From NCBI GenBank assembly GCA_024679065.1, contig JAGIQG010000003.1, forward strand, positions 96,968,001-97,032,000: DNA of 64,000 nt. Reading direction: 5' to 3'. The position numbers and the translations under genes are program-made. The stretch is from Sphyrna mokarran (Eukaryota). The notes beneath the pieces were generated by a model. That model worked only from the letters and a program-made list of their open reading frames with translations, was not told where the DNA came from and did not search any database. Shown here piece after piece: positions 37,040 to 50,319 of the stretch (within the stretch, counting starts at the first letter, position 1; each line of letters opens with the position of its first letter).

Positions 37040-38138
37040 CTGTTCCAATAAAGCTATAACAATGGCATTTACCCAACAATACGGAAAATTATCTAGATAT
37101 GTCCTGAGTATAAAAATCAGGACGAATGTAATACAGCCAAACATCATTGTATCAGTCTACTTTCAATCATCAATAATGTGATGGAAGGTGTTATCGACAG
37201 TGCTAACAAATAATACTTGCTCACCATTCTTAGCTTGGATTTTACCAGGGCTACTCTGCTCCAGACCTCGTAATGAACTTGGTCCAAACATGGACAAAAA
37301 TGCTGAATGGTTGAGTGGACAGTGACTGTCCTCAACATCAAATCAGCATTTAACTAAGTCTGACATCAAGGAGCACTGATAAAATTGGAATCAATGGTAA
37401 TCAGGAGGGAAGCTCTCCGCTGGTTGGAATCATATCTGGCTCGAAAAAAGATGGCTGTGGTTGTTGGAGATCAATCATCTCAGCCTCAGAACATTGCTGC
37501 ATGAATTCTTCAGGGTAGTGTTTTTAGCCCAGCCATAGACCACAAACTTGATTTGACCAGCTATGTTAATACTCTGGTTATAAGAGTTGTGAATTCTGCA
37601 GTATGTATCTCCTAACTCTCCAAAGTCCGACCGTCAAAAAAAGGCCCAAGTAAGAACTATGATGAAATATTTTCCACTTATCTGAATGGATGTGAACAGC
37701 TCCAACAACACTCAAGTAGCTTGACACTATCCAGGACAAAATAGCCTGATCTTGAATATTTACTTCCTCCCTCACCAAGAAACAGTGGCAGCAACGTATA
37801 TCATCTACAAAATGAACCACAGCGAATTACCAAGGCTCCTTTAATAGTGTCTTCCAAACACCATCCCTACCATCTAGAAGAATAAGGGCAGCTGGTGAAT
37901 AAGAAGACTACAATCTCCATATTCCCCTTCAAGTCACACATCATCTTGAATTAGAACTATATTAACATTCCTTCACTGTTGGGTCAAAATCTTGGAAATG
38001 CCTTCCTAACAGCACTGTGGATATACCTGCAGGAGTTCAGGAAGGCAGTTCATCATCACCTTCACAAGGAGAATTAGGGATGAGCAATAAATACTGGTCT
38101 TGTCAGTTTTGTTCACATCCCATGAATGAATAAAAAAA
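37040..38138 (+). mobile_element. CR1/L2-group LINE fragment (RT remnant plus 3' end)
   Basis: Degenerate WKI..ICP..K, Y.P.SLLSI, W.ESYL..K.MAVVVG, QGSV.SP; ends gagcaataaatactgg...cacatcccatgaatgaataaaaaa. Confidence 0.75.
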
Positions 38139-38788
38139 GTTCCATTCATACAATCGATCTGGTAAATATTCTATTAATTCAAAAAAGCACAACCTACTTT
38201 GCTCTAGCTATTTCTCATGTATTAGACACTTCACCTTTATACAATCTGATATTCTGGTACACCAGTGTTACACTTGCTCTGGGGTTATTATATCCGTGTT
38301 GGGATGAGGAGCCAGAAACTTGACACACTATTCCAAATGTCCTCCAACTATTTGAAGTAATTGCCATAATCCCTTTGCTAGTGTGTTTAATCTCTCTCGA
38401 TGTCTCTAAAATCTAATTTGCTTTCTTAATTGGTTTCAAAGCCAAAGGATTCATCCCTATTTAAGAATTCGTGTATTTGGGTGCCCCAATACAAGAAGGT
38501 GTTTATCATTTAAGATTTATTCCCATTATTTAATGAAATTGCACTAACTTTTTTTCCTAGCAAATTGCACCTGACACTTATCCATCTATTCAAGTCTTCC
38601 TGCACTCATAACTTTTGGCAGTTTGTTGCTATCTTGCAAATTTTAATGTACACATATTAATGTTTAAATCTATGTCTTAGGGATGCTGTGTATCATTAAG
38701 TTTATTTTAGATGACAATCTGACAGCTTTTATGGTTATTTTTCCAGTGTCTGTCTGCATGTACTATATTTATTGAATTTAGAGATTAA

Positions 38789-39055
38789 GAGCCTGATTTT
38801 ACTATTTTCATTCTAAGTGCTGATTCTGGGCATAGTACAGATCCGACTTAGAAATCTGCTTTCAGACACCCCTGTACACACTCAGCCATCTCTAGTCCGA
38901 TTCGTGCTGTGGGCGGGATTTGGTATTGCTGGGATGATTGGAGCTCTGAATGTACGTGCATAATTAGAAAAAACTTGGAAATAGTGCACCTGTATCAAAT
39001 CGCTCCTGAGCCAGAGAAAACGGCCTGCGAGTTAGGGTGTATCTTGGGACACACG

Positions 39056-39087
<32 letters not shown>

Positions 39088-40045
39088 TCACTGAGCCATC
39101 TGCAGCCAATCCCCACCCCCCGCCAGAGATCCACCTGCTCCTCCCACCAGAGACCCACCTGATCCACCTCCTCCCTCCTCTCTCCCAAGATAATGATCTG
39201 GCCTCACTCCCCACCCCACCTGACAGCGAAGTTGCCTCACTACTCCCCAGCATCCCCCACAAGAATGGCCTGGCCTCACTCCCCCTCCCCTCCAGAAGGA
39301 TATCTGACCTGCCTCCTCCCCCCTCTACCAGACAACGATCAGCCCTGCCCCCACTACCAGACAACGATCAGCACCCCCACCAGCGATACATCTGACCCGC
39401 CTCCTCTCCCTCAACTACCAGACAACAATCAGCCTTCCCCCCCACTACCATCTGACAACGATTAGCCTTCCACCCACTATCAGCAAACAATGATCAGCCC
39501 TTCCCCCCCCACCACCAGATAACAATTAGGCACCCTGTGCCCCCCTCCCCCACCCGCCCGACAGCAATACATCTGACCCGCCTCTCCTCCTACCCCCAAC
39601 CAGGCAATGATCTGACCTCACTCCCTTCCTTCCCCTTCCAACCAGAGAATGATCTGACCCCCTTCCACCCACACCCCCAAGACTGATCTGAGTCAGCCGT
39701 TGGGAACAGTGATTGCACTCTCCAGAGGCTGGAGCACCTGACTCAGACTTCTATTCAGCAAGTCCCTAAAAGTGGGGTTCTAAATTGGTAAACACAGTGG
39801 TAAAGGGGGGGAAATGCTGATAGTGTTGGGTGGACAGTGTATTAATTCAATTTAAATGCAAGCAAATGCATTTAAATCATCATTGCACCCAATTTGGGCG
39901 CGGAACAGATCCCCACCATGCGCAGGTCCCGGTAAAGTGGTGATTTGCACGGAGTCAGATGTAGATCACGATAAAAGCTTCACACCCGACTTTACCAAGA
40001 TTTTGCACCCGCAAATGGGTGCATATTGTTGGTAAAATAAAACCC
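38789..40045. mobile_element. Non-autonomous Harbinger-type element with internal C-rich minisatellite
   Basis: TAA on both flanks (38786-38788, 40046-40048); TIRs GAGCCTGATTTTAC / GGGTTTTATTTTAC; internal (CA)n and ccagacaacgatcagcc / gatctgacc units at 39100-39690. Confidence 0.75.
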
Positions 40046-40195
40046 TAAGCGACAGTTAAAAGATAATCAGTTACATTAGACAGATGGAAATGTAAGTTAT
40101 TATGGATCAGCAATAGACAATAAATAAAAAGACTACTCTCAACATAAAGATACAGAATGGTATACAAACAGAAAGATTGAGTGGTTTCAATCCAT

Positions 40196-40520
40196 TACAG
40201 GAACATTGAAAATAGGAGAAGGCCATTTGGCTCTTTGAGCCTGATCTCCATTCATTATGATCACGGCTGATCATCCAATTCAATTGCCTAATCCTGTTTT
40301 ATCTCCCATAAGCTTTGATCCTATTTGTCCCAAGTGCTATATCTAGTTGTCTCTTGAATACATGCAATGTTTTGGCATCAACTACTTTCTGATTTAATGA
40401 ATTCCACCGCTCTTTCGGTGAAGAAATATCTCTTCATCTCCGTCCTAAATAGTCTACCCTGAACCCTCAGACTTTAAGTCCTGGTTCTGGACTCCCCCAC
40501 CATCAGGAACATCCTCCCTG
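40196..40520 (-). mobile_element. CR1 3' fragment
   Basis: ggagaaggccatttggctctttgagcctg and ctggttctggactcccc; same tail class as 24947. Confidence 0.75.
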
Positions 40521-41444
40521 ATAATATTATTTATAACTGCAGGTGCAAGAAAGAAATTACATCTTGATACTAATTTTCTTGACATCCCCGTCTTTCCTTC
40601 ACCAACTCTGGGTCACTGAATTCATTCAAGGCTGAGTTAAGTTGATTTTTGATTGTCTGTCACCCCGTAACCCCTTATCAAAATGGAGCTGAGACTGCAA
40701 CCAAATTAGCCATGATCTTACTAAATGACAGAGTAGGCACAAAGGTCCAAACGGGCTATTTCTACTCCTAAGTCCAGTGTTCCTTTCTCTTCTGTTGGTA
40801 TAAAGTTCCAAGAGCTAAGGAGTATTCCTTTTGAGGTAAACCTGAATAATGAACAGATTATTTTACTCTAGGGTTTAGCCTGATCACGTTTTAACCATGT
40901 ATCTGTACATGACCAACTTCTTCACATAACTTAGTTATCAGCAAGAGAGCTTTACTATCTCAATTTATTCTCTCTAGTTTGTGGCCACTCTCCACTACCT
41001 CATCCAAGTAACTTATCTTCATGTTTAGCGAGACAGTGATCATTGACTAATAATTGCCATCAGCAAGCTGAACACAGCCAAATGAGCCCAGGCAGGAAAT
41101 TAAATCTGAGACTTTCTGGCCTCTGAGACAGCATCACTAGTAATACTGAAGTTGTTTTGGGTCCAGTCTTTGAATGTTTTTTCAAACAAAACTAATCACA
41201 TCCACAATCTTGACTCATTTAATTCAGTACAAATTCCTCAGTTGCCTGCAAGGCATGAGAGAGGAGCTAAGTGTGTGCAAACTGAACTATTGGTCATGTT
41301 ATGTTAGTGTTAACAAGTTACTTCTGAATTAGAATGTGCAGTTATCAAAATCCAGCAAGCCTGGACAAAGTCTAAGGATAATTTAATGACAAGAGCCATT
41401 CTTTAGGGAAGCTGATTGTTGGAGAATTAATTCAGTTGGAATCA

Positions 41445-41960
41445 TGCAAAATTAAAGTGCATGGGATTGGGAGAAGTGTATTGAGATGGATGGAAAACTA
41501 GTTGGCAGAGAGGAAACAAAGAGGAGGAATTAAATGGGTGCTTTTCAAGGTGGCAGGCAGTAGCTAGTGGGGTGCCACAGGGATTGGTGCTGGGCCCCAG
41601 CTATTCAGAGTATAAATTATTTGGATGAGGGAACAAAATGTAACATCTCAAAGTTTGCAGGTGATTCCAAGGTGGGTGGGAAAGTAAACTGTGGCAAGGA
41701 TGCAGGGATCCTTCAGCATGACCTGATTAGGTAGGTTGAATGGGCAAATCAATGGCAAATGCAACATAATTTGGATAAATGTGAGTTATTCATTTGCAAA
41801 AACAGGAAGGCATATTATTACTTGAATGGCTGTAAATTGGGATAGAAGAGTGTGCAGCAGGATCTGGATGCTCTTGTTGGACGATTGGTCATGATTGTGA
41901 TGGTTCGTGGAACAATCTCAAGGAGCCCAATGACCTCCTCCTGTTCCTACTTTCTATATT
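41445..41960 (+). mobile_element. CR1 RT fragment with internal deletion
   Basis: KIKVHGIG..VLRWMEN, SGVPQGLVLGP, SKFAGDSK; jumps to 3' end ctcctcctgttcct. Confidence 0.8.
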
Positions 41961-43104
41961 TCAGAGAAAGATAAGGTCACAAGCCAACTTCTGCCATCAG
42001 AAAATATTGCGAATAATGAAAAAAGTTGTACTTTTAAAATTCTGTGTAAGAGTTTATTGTAAATTACTGACTATACAGATAAGAATGCTTTTATTCAATC
42101 AGAGAGGCGGCTAGTGGAATTTTCAGAGTTATTTTAAACTTAATTGAAAGCAATGTATAAAATGGTAATAATTTTAACTTTTGCAAACAGGAGACTGATC
42201 TACTGAGGCTTAGAATAATTTCAATACTGTACAATCAATAGAATGGCTGCTTAGTTTGTATTTCTAGGCAAGTTACTAAAGGCTTAACTTGTAATGAAAG
42301 TAAAAAAAATGTTCTCCAAGGTTAAGAAGTTGCAAAATTGAAATAAGATAAAGAATCAGAAAGATTTAGAATAATGAGAGAACAATAGACTTAAAAGTTA
42401 TGGCTCCTTTTTTTGCAAACTGAGCCATTTCAGAAACTTCCAAATTGATTTTCAACAAAACAGAAGAACAACAACTACATTTCCACAAAACTAATTTAAC
42501 ACAATGTAGTTTTTAAATCAGGGCAGTTCAGATTTTGAACTCTCTTTCCTTGTATTGAGCCTGTGAAATTACTCCACTCCAATCATCATCTAAGAAATTA
42601 CAGTCAAATATGAGTATTATACGCATACGTGCAATCATGTGTATTTGAACCATCAGGATTTTGGACCCTTGCCTGTGATGATTTTTATCTTTGAATACAG
42701 TCATGTGAATTTCTCGCAAGACTAGGAATTCTTGTCTACATAATGCAGCAGCTGGAATCAATTACTGCTGCAGCCAGACTTGGATAGTAGAGGTAGAGCT
42801 AGAGAGAAAAGAGATGTCATATTTTAGGAAGGAGGGAGGGAGAACCTAGGGCAGAGCTTTGGGGGATGTGAAGGGAGAAGCCAGAAAGAGTGTTTTAATG
42901 GGTGTAGCTTTCAGGGAGGAAGAAAAAAACCAAACTTTACATTTGTGGGGAAAAGACATGGTGTTGTGGTGGGGGAAGTTCGAGCACCAGCATGATGATA
43001 AAGTGTCGGCTTGAACTAAGTTAGAGACAGAGTGCCAATTTTGAATTGAGGAATGAAAAGAATTATTGTCATTTGACTTAAGACTAGGCTTACTAGGGAT
43101 GACC

Positions 43105-43380
43105 ACACTATCAATGGCATTGTCTTTGGGATGACGTAGTCAAAGCAACATCATCCCTACCCTTCAAGTGGACTTAAAATATTCCACAATTTCACAGAGG
43201 AGAGAGGAGTTCTTCCCAGTGTTCTGATTAAACTTTATCCAGGCGTTGTCCAATTGCCAGTTTTGCAATCTTGTATATCAGTCAACAGTTGAGTTTTCTG
43301 TGTTATAACAGTGATTACAATCCAAAAGCAATTGGGACGCCTTGAAGTTGTGAAAGGCAATATATAAATGCATGTTGTTT
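43105..43380 (+). mobile_element. DeuSINE fragment (Deu domain plus tail)
   Basis: agagaggagttcttcccagtgttctg...ttgggacgccttgaagttgtgaaaggcaatatataaatgca. Confidence 0.65.
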
Positions 43381-44358
43381 TTGGCTGTCTATTGTGATAT
43401 TGGTAAAGCGGGGCCAAGCGTGCCAGAATGAACTTGGAGAGTTAGAGGAGGACACAGTGTTTAAACTAATTGGATTTGAAGAGGATATTGTGTTCAGTAA
43501 AATGAGACTGGACAGGTAGAGTGCATCTTTGAAATGAAGCACGGCGATGCTTGCAGATGGGGGAATATTTGCAATTTTATGGGATTGGTAGTTTGGATTG
43601 ATCTGTTGAAAACCCAAACGTCATTTTCTTTTCCATTTTCTTAAACAGCTTATAACTCTGTTTTGTATAACAGAAGGTTTAAAAATTACCAAGAGTATAT
43701 CAGTGAAATATAAAAATTCAAATTTCACTGGGGAATGTATTTCTCAACCTTTAAGAGCTGACTGCCATTTAACATAATGAAGGTGGGCTGGAGGAAGGGA
43801 TTAGCGTTTGGAAGGAATATGTTCAATCCTAAATTTGCTGCCTGCAGTATTTATTTTGTTAATAAAACAGGGTCAAATCTCTTAGCAGTTATTGCGAGAT
43901 TGAAGAAAGTAATTACAATTTTTCACCAGCAGGTATGGAAGATAGAAGTGTTCAAGTATAAAGAAAAATAAATGCATTTCCATATAGCAGATATAGAGTA
44001 GTCTTGAATAACAGTGAACAAATGATACTTTTTAAATGAAAATTAATGAATAATTATGCTCATTATAGATTTCAAAGCTCTGCAAATGAACTAAATTGTC
44101 AGAAACCATTTTTTCAGGAAATCTACCTTCAAATAGTTCCAGGAAATAAATGCTTTCAATTTCTCTATCATCTTCAGACATTGATGCAGCTACCAACAAT
44201 ATTTGTTGGAACATTATCAATGGGATACCAACAGTTTACATCACAATGCGTCTCCCACTGCATTTGCAATAGAGTTGTTTTATTAAGCATTTTGGGGATT
44301 TATTTTTGGGTTGTTTTAAGGGCAGTGGGAACTTTTTAATGATGCCAGCTACAGTCTT

Positions 44359-46926
44359 TGTTAGGAATACAGAAGTATTTATTAACAAGGAAATACTGGT
44401 GTAGAGGCTCATAGCCTAATAGCTGCCCTATAGCGAACCATTGGTTGCCCCCCACCCCCAGGACTTCTACATATCTTCAGCCTGAGACAGAACTCTACGG
44501 CTGGAGTTCCAATTGATTCCTCAAAGCAGGTGGCCCTCTCCTGGTGTGCTGTCCTTGAACTGACAATCATCACATCCCTCCTCCTTCGACTCTCTTATAG
44601 AACATTCAAAACTAATTACTCAGTCTGAAATCTAACTAAACAAGTTGGACAATTATAAAATGAGCCTTTGTGGAGTTTTCTGTTCCTTATAGAAAGGTGA
44701 AATTCTGTAATCTGAGATTTTTCCACAGGATTGACATTAACAGGAACTGTAAATAAGGGGTACCTCCTTCTGGCACAGGCAGCTCATTACTACCTGCTTC
44801 CACAGAGACATCAGTTATGTCTATAACAGATCGATCAGTAATTTTGGTGCTTACAAGTTTTAAAACACTAATTGCTGGAGTACCTCATTACTCCTGAAGC
44901 AATCCACATATTTATGAACGATCCATCCCTCTATGTCTATTGGGTACAATAAGGGTCCAGCCTCAGAGGCAATGATTACAGGAATTAATATGGGTTTTTT
45001 ATTGTTGCATGCTGATTGCTCATTGGTGAGATCTTGAGGCTTGTGTGTTCAGCCATGAACACATTCATTGATAAGCTTTAACTATTCTTTTAATGTTTTC
45101 TCCAAAGCTTTATTTTTTTTTTGCTGATTCTGTTCTGGTGGTTTCTGGTTTCTTGTCACATCTTTAATTTCTGCGTTTTTTTCTGAAGGAATCCATCATG
45201 TTCTTCCACATTTCACAAATGGAATCCTCATTTCTACTTGTCTCGATTTCAGCTTTTTGGCTTCACTATAGTCGAGTCTGTCAAGTGTTGACTTGGTTCC
45301 ATTCTGCAATTCTCTCGTTCTTCTTTTAATTATTTAGTGTCTTACAGTGCCGTCCATCTGGTGTCTATCATTGCCCTCTTTCTGAGGTATTTCAGTACTC
45401 TTATTCTGAGGTATTTCAGTGCCCTCCTTCTGGGGTCTTTCATGATCCTCTTGGGGTCTTCCAGCGTCTCTCTTTGTGTCTTTCAGTGCCCTCTTTCTGG
45501 GATCCTCTATTGCCTCTTCACTGAGATCTTCATTTCCTCCTGAGGTTTTGTGTTGCCTCTTCCCTGAAATCTTTGCTGCTTATAGACTTTCCGAAATCTT
45601 CTCCAATTTTTCTGTCCCTTGTCTGTTTCTTCTTGTTGCTGTTTTAAATGCATTGCCACATTGAATATATTATCACTTTAAACGCAATATCTTTTAAAAT
45701 GTATTACTGCTTTAAAGACTTTTTTTAAACTGTCTGCAGCTGCTGGTTCTCAACGGGCTTTCTCCCTGCTTTTGAGGTTTTGAAATAAAGTAGGCAGGTC
45801 CTCCTTTGAATTTTTAAAATTTTTAAGTTCTCCTTATTACTGACTGGAAGTCCTGTGATCTCTGCAACCTTTTTCCCCTCTGACCATTTGGAGAGTCCAT
45901 TCTTCTTTTCCTTTGATGTATCTTTCTTCTGTCAATTTCACTGCAAGATCCATCATTCTTAAGATCCAAGGGGCCATTTTCAAAGTTTTTCAACTCATCT
46001 AAGATGCAGAGTGGCACAGTGCCAGCACCACTACCTCTCAGAGCCAGAGGCTGAGGTTTGATTCCTGGCTTGTGTCACTGTCTATGTGGAATCTACAGGT
46101 TCTTTTCCGAGCCTGCATGTATTTACTTCAGGTTTTCCAGTTTCCTCCAACAGTCTAAAAGCTGTGCTGGTTAGATGCATTAGCCATGCTAAATTCTCCC
46201 TCAGTATACCGGAATAGGTGCCAGAGTGTGGCAACTAGGAGATATTCACAGTAACTTCATTGCAATGTTACTGTAAGTCTACTTGTAAAACCAACAAATA
46301 AACTTCAAAACTTTTATTTTCAAAACAGATTGAGGACTTCTTGCTAAAACTTTGGAACTTGCAGGGATCGCCAACTGGACCCCGCCCAGGCTCTGCTTGC
46401 GTGAGGAGCCCAACAATCTCAGCCACTTCATTTTCCTCACTCTGGAGACATTACAACTCTTTTGTGGCATTTTAAAATTTTGTGCTCAAAACATTGCTGT
46501 GTGTTCTTTTGGCTTTCTTTTTAGGAAAAAAAGAACTTGTTGCAATTCTTTGTCCTTTGTAAAAGATCTTAAATTCTACTTTTAAACACAAAATTGCAAC
46601 TGAAGGTTAGTTTATTTTCATTTTTTTCTGTATATTTCTAAACTTCTGACTGTACCACTCAATTTAGGTTTGCTTTGTAGCTGTCTTTCAGCATCTCACT
46701 ATTCGCAGGTCTCAGGCCACATGCGATGTTCTCATAATTCATTTAATCCTCGTTGCCAGTGTAATGATTCATGCTGCAAGCTTCGTCAGTATGAACAAAA
46801 TATATTTCTGTCTTCAGTCTCAGACAGTTCAGTCTCTGGAGTGCTTACCTACTCTAGGTCCTAATTAATCCCTCAAATCAGGTGACCTACTCCTGTAATG
46901 TTGTGCTTGAAGGGACAATCACCACA
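44359..46926 (-). mobile_element. Short, internally deleted Gypsy-type LTR element with both LTRs
   Basis: LTRs at 44359-44574 and 46760-46926 (TG...CA; shared cctcaaa.caggtg.cc...gacaatca.caca); PBS TGGCAACGAGG (46748-46758, minus); PPT gaaggaggaggga (44575-44587, minus); integrase tail remnant IPVIIASEAGPLLYPIDIEGWIVHKYVDCFR (~44890-44990). Confidence 0.8.
46010..46306 (+). mobile_element. V-SINE, alternative tail, inserted in the LTR element
   Basis: gtggcacag head, ggtttgattcc B-box, tail ttcacagtaacttcattgca...aaataaactt. Confidence 0.85.
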
Positions 46927-47521
46927 ACTTTTTAGTCTTTGTAGGTTAGCATACATGTATTTTCATTGCAAAAGTATTGCTACCTTCGTATTAGATTTTT
47001 CTTAAATCTGCGTAAGAATTCTTTTGAGATATTGCAAACTACAAGTGCCAAGAGAGGCTGCTATGCTTCATGAGTACAAATATCAATGAAGGATTGTTGT
47101 CAACAAGTGCTGCTAAATATATTAACTGTTATTGTATTGATATGTAAATCCCACGGGGAAGGTTTTGCATTATAAGTGAAGACCTGGTAGTTTTACTGTT
47201 TGGAAACTTAAGAATTGCAGGATAATTAAATATGACTTTCTTGTAGTCCAGGAAGCCTGCAGAGTCACCTTAGGCATGACCCAAGTTCCTATTCTTCAGG
47301 AAACAATAAATACAAACCACAACAGTGTTCCTTCAAGTACACATGTAAGAAAATGTGTCTCAGAACTTTGAAGTTTGCATCAATTTTGACAGAACTTTTG
47401 TTAAATGCAATTGAATGTAACATATCCCAATTTTGAAGTAGGCTGAAGTGTTCTTGGGGTTCAGATGGTCCTCTCTTTGAGTTTAAAGGAACAAAAGATG
47501 ATCCTCATACACATCAAATTT

Positions 47522-47845
47522 GGGCAGCCCGGTGGCACAGTAGTTAGCACTCTTGCCTCACAGCTCTAGGGCTTCAAGTTCAGTTTCAGCCTTGGGTGAA
47601 TGTCTGTGTGGAGTGTGCCCATGTTTCTGAGTTTCATCTGTGTGCTCCAGGCTCCAGTTTCCTACCAAAGAAGTTAGGTGGATTAGATGTGCTAAATTGC
47701 CCTGTAGTGTCCAAAGGTCTGTTGGTTAGAAAGATTAGCAGGGTAAATGTGTTGGGTTATGAAGATAGGATCTGTGTAAGATGCTCTATTGGAGAATCAG
47801 TGCAGGCTTGATGGGCTGTAATGTATGGTGTCTGTGATTCTATGA
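47522..47845 (+). mobile_element. HE1-type SINE
   Basis: ggtggcacagtagttagcact head and tail gattctatga. Confidence 0.85.
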
Positions 47846-47964
47846 AATGTTATTGCCTAGAATTGAGTGAGCTGTTGAAGGGAACATCATTAGGCTTGAT
47901 TTCTGTATAAATCTAAACTGTCTGAGTCAAGTATGCAGACTAGCTCCATTGATAAAGTAAATAC

Positions 47965-48195
47965 CGGGGACCAGGATGTTATACATTCTATTCCTAGTCT
48001 GTGAAGAATTAACTATTCTCAGCTGGGTTGGTGATACAACATTTGGATTCAGTGACCTTTGGCTGAGAAAGGAAAAATCAGCCAGGGCTTCCTCTCCTGA
48101 GTTTTATCCAGTCACCCCTGATGACAAGTGTATGCTTGTGGATATGAGTAAAGGGTAGGATCAGCTTTGGATGTGATATCTTCCAGGGTCAATAT
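47965..48195 (+). mobile_element. Ancient SINE-like repeat (related fragment at ~19995-20125)
   Basis: gaaaaatcagccaggg...tatccagtcacccctg...tgtggat...ggatcagct is echoed at 20040-20120; family not named. Confidence 0.45.
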
Positions 48196-49599
48196 TTAGA
48201 TTTTCATTTACAGTTATATTGTCCATGCCTTGCTTAGACGTATCTTCAATTAACTTCCTACTTGGAATCTGTCACAGTTGTGGGTTACAACATTTCTAAT
48301 AGTTATAGCTATACTTGATTATAAGTTAAGTTGTGTTTAAAAACAGCAGGACAAAGGACATCGAACAGTAACTTACACCGGGGTTTGTGCAATCCTGGAG
48401 TTCCTGGAAAGCTCCCCTGGTCTCAGCAACAGGCCAGTCTCCTGTATAACATTTGTAAAAGGCTGCAGAGCTGCTTATCCAATCAGAGGCTAGCTTCTGG
48501 AGAAGTCAGTCGCTGATTAGATAAACTGGGAACAAAACAAAACTCAATTCTCCAGATCAGGTCGAGCGTGGACAGCAAAGTGATGGACAGAGTGGACCAC
48601 TGAGCAGGAGTGAGATTAAAGTGGGAGTTGGAGCAGGAGTGAGATTAAAGTATGCCAGTGCAATATGAGAATCCAGCTTTCGAGCAGCGCTCCTCCCACT
48701 AAAAATGACCAAAAGGTAAGACCAGTAATATTTAAATACGAGAGCCTTTTAATAATTAACATACATATTATAAGAAATCGAAAAACTTCTTTGAATTAGT
48801 TTTTTGTATATTTGTACTTATTGCATGAAAACAATTACTTTTTTTATTTGATCTCTTCAATATAATAAGAATGTTCCTCAGGAATTCCATCAGTGCTTTT
48901 AGGAGGTCAAAAGGGTTGTGTGGCTGAAAAAGTTTGGGAAATCTTTGTCTGAACCTCTAGGTTGCAGTTTCGTAAAGGAGACATGAGTTTGGCTTCTTCA
49001 GAAACTACTTTTGCTTCTTTGATCCAATTTCAAGTACAATTCTCCACCAATACCCAATGTCACCTGAAGCCTCTTCTTACATAGTGGCTTCTATTGGATA
49101 ATTGACATAAAATTAGAACTTAACTGGAAGTCAGTTAATCCATTCCTAACAACCTTGACTTACACTATTATAGCAATTGCTAAAATAGACTCCACTTCAT
49201 GAATGAAATTCATTACTTTGTGGTATTTTCAAAATATTTAATTAATGTGTAATAAAGAAGCTTTGCTTATGTATGTTCCTTGTTTGCATAAAGAACAGGA
49301 TTGAGAAACCAATTCAGCTAAACACTGTGGATTAGATGTTCAGTAATTTGTGTACAAACCTTTCATTGCCTCTGTATCAGTACTTCAGCACCAATCCCAC
49401 TGTTCCACTCCGGGCATCTGTTCATTATTAAATTCAAGTTCTTATCCATTTGGCTGCCTATTTACCTAATAGGGCAAAATAAAAACACTAATTTTTATCA
49501 TTAGTTAGATTTTTTAAATCTCTATTTTCAAATGATTCCTTTTCTTTATTCTACACGAATTAGGCTACCTATCTGGCATGATGTAGTTTGGAATACATT

Positions 49600-49970
49600 T
49601 TCTGCCTTTGAGAAGGTATCCTGCTATATTTTATTTTTGGTGCGGTGCAAAGGTGGCAGTCGTGCTGTTTGACAGGCTTGCTGCAGTGTTGCTCTGCAGT
49701 GAGTAATGAGCAGGGGCTGCGCGGATAATTAACCATAAACCTCTTCACATCGCTGATTGCAGCTTGTTTAATCCAATGTAGCTGAATGAGTTTCAAATGA
49801 AGGCTGCAGTGCAGGTGCAGCGTACAGCTGCTGATGGCTATCTCTAATTTTCTTCACACACTGTTACTGCTAATCAGGATCAATGTGCAAACCATTAATT
49901 ACCCCATTAAGAGACATTTACTGTACAATGTCATTTTACCTAATATATTGACAACCTTATATACACAGCC
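49600..49970. promoter_or_regulatory. Candidate conserved developmental enhancer
   Basis: Unique, non-repeat sequence with TGACAG, TAATTA, CCATAAA, TAATCC, CAGCTG, TAATCA, CATTAATTA and ACAAT; motif inference only. Confidence 0.35.
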
Positions 49971-50029
49971 AAAGTTTTAATTTGTGAAAGAAATCCTGCA
50001 TTCTGGGCGTTATTGAAACATTTCGTGCA

Positions 50030-50303
50030 TAGTGGCACAGTGGCTAATGCTTTTGACTCACAGAGGCCGGGGACTCAGGGTTCAATTCTGGTCTTGGGTG
50101 ATTATCCGTGTGGAGTTTGCACAACCTTCTTGTGCTTGCGTGGATTTCCTGTAGGTGCTCTGCAGGTTAGGTGATTAGCCATGAGAAATGTATGTGGTTA
50201 CAGGGATAGAGCAGGAGAAAGAGTGTGGATGAGATACTCTGTCAAAAAGTTGGTGCAAACCTGATGGGCCGAATAGTCTCTTGTGTACTGTAAGGATCCT
50301 ATG
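50030..50303 (+). mobile_element. HE1-type SINE
   Basis: gtggcacagtggcta, gggttcaattc, partial V-domain, CR1-like tail. Confidence 0.82.
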
Positions 50304-50319
50304 GAAGCATCAATTAAGC

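Noticed and set aside
39032-39465. Pro/Gly-rich ORFs
   Set aside because: Translations of the C-rich minisatellite inside a MITE.
44193-44209. Hairpin ccaacaa-tat-ttgttgg
   Set aside because: A 7-bp stem is expected by chance in 64 kb.
47247-47344. 98-nt plus-strand exon candidate
   Set aside because: Short pyrimidine tract, weak donor and no recognisable peptide in either open frame.
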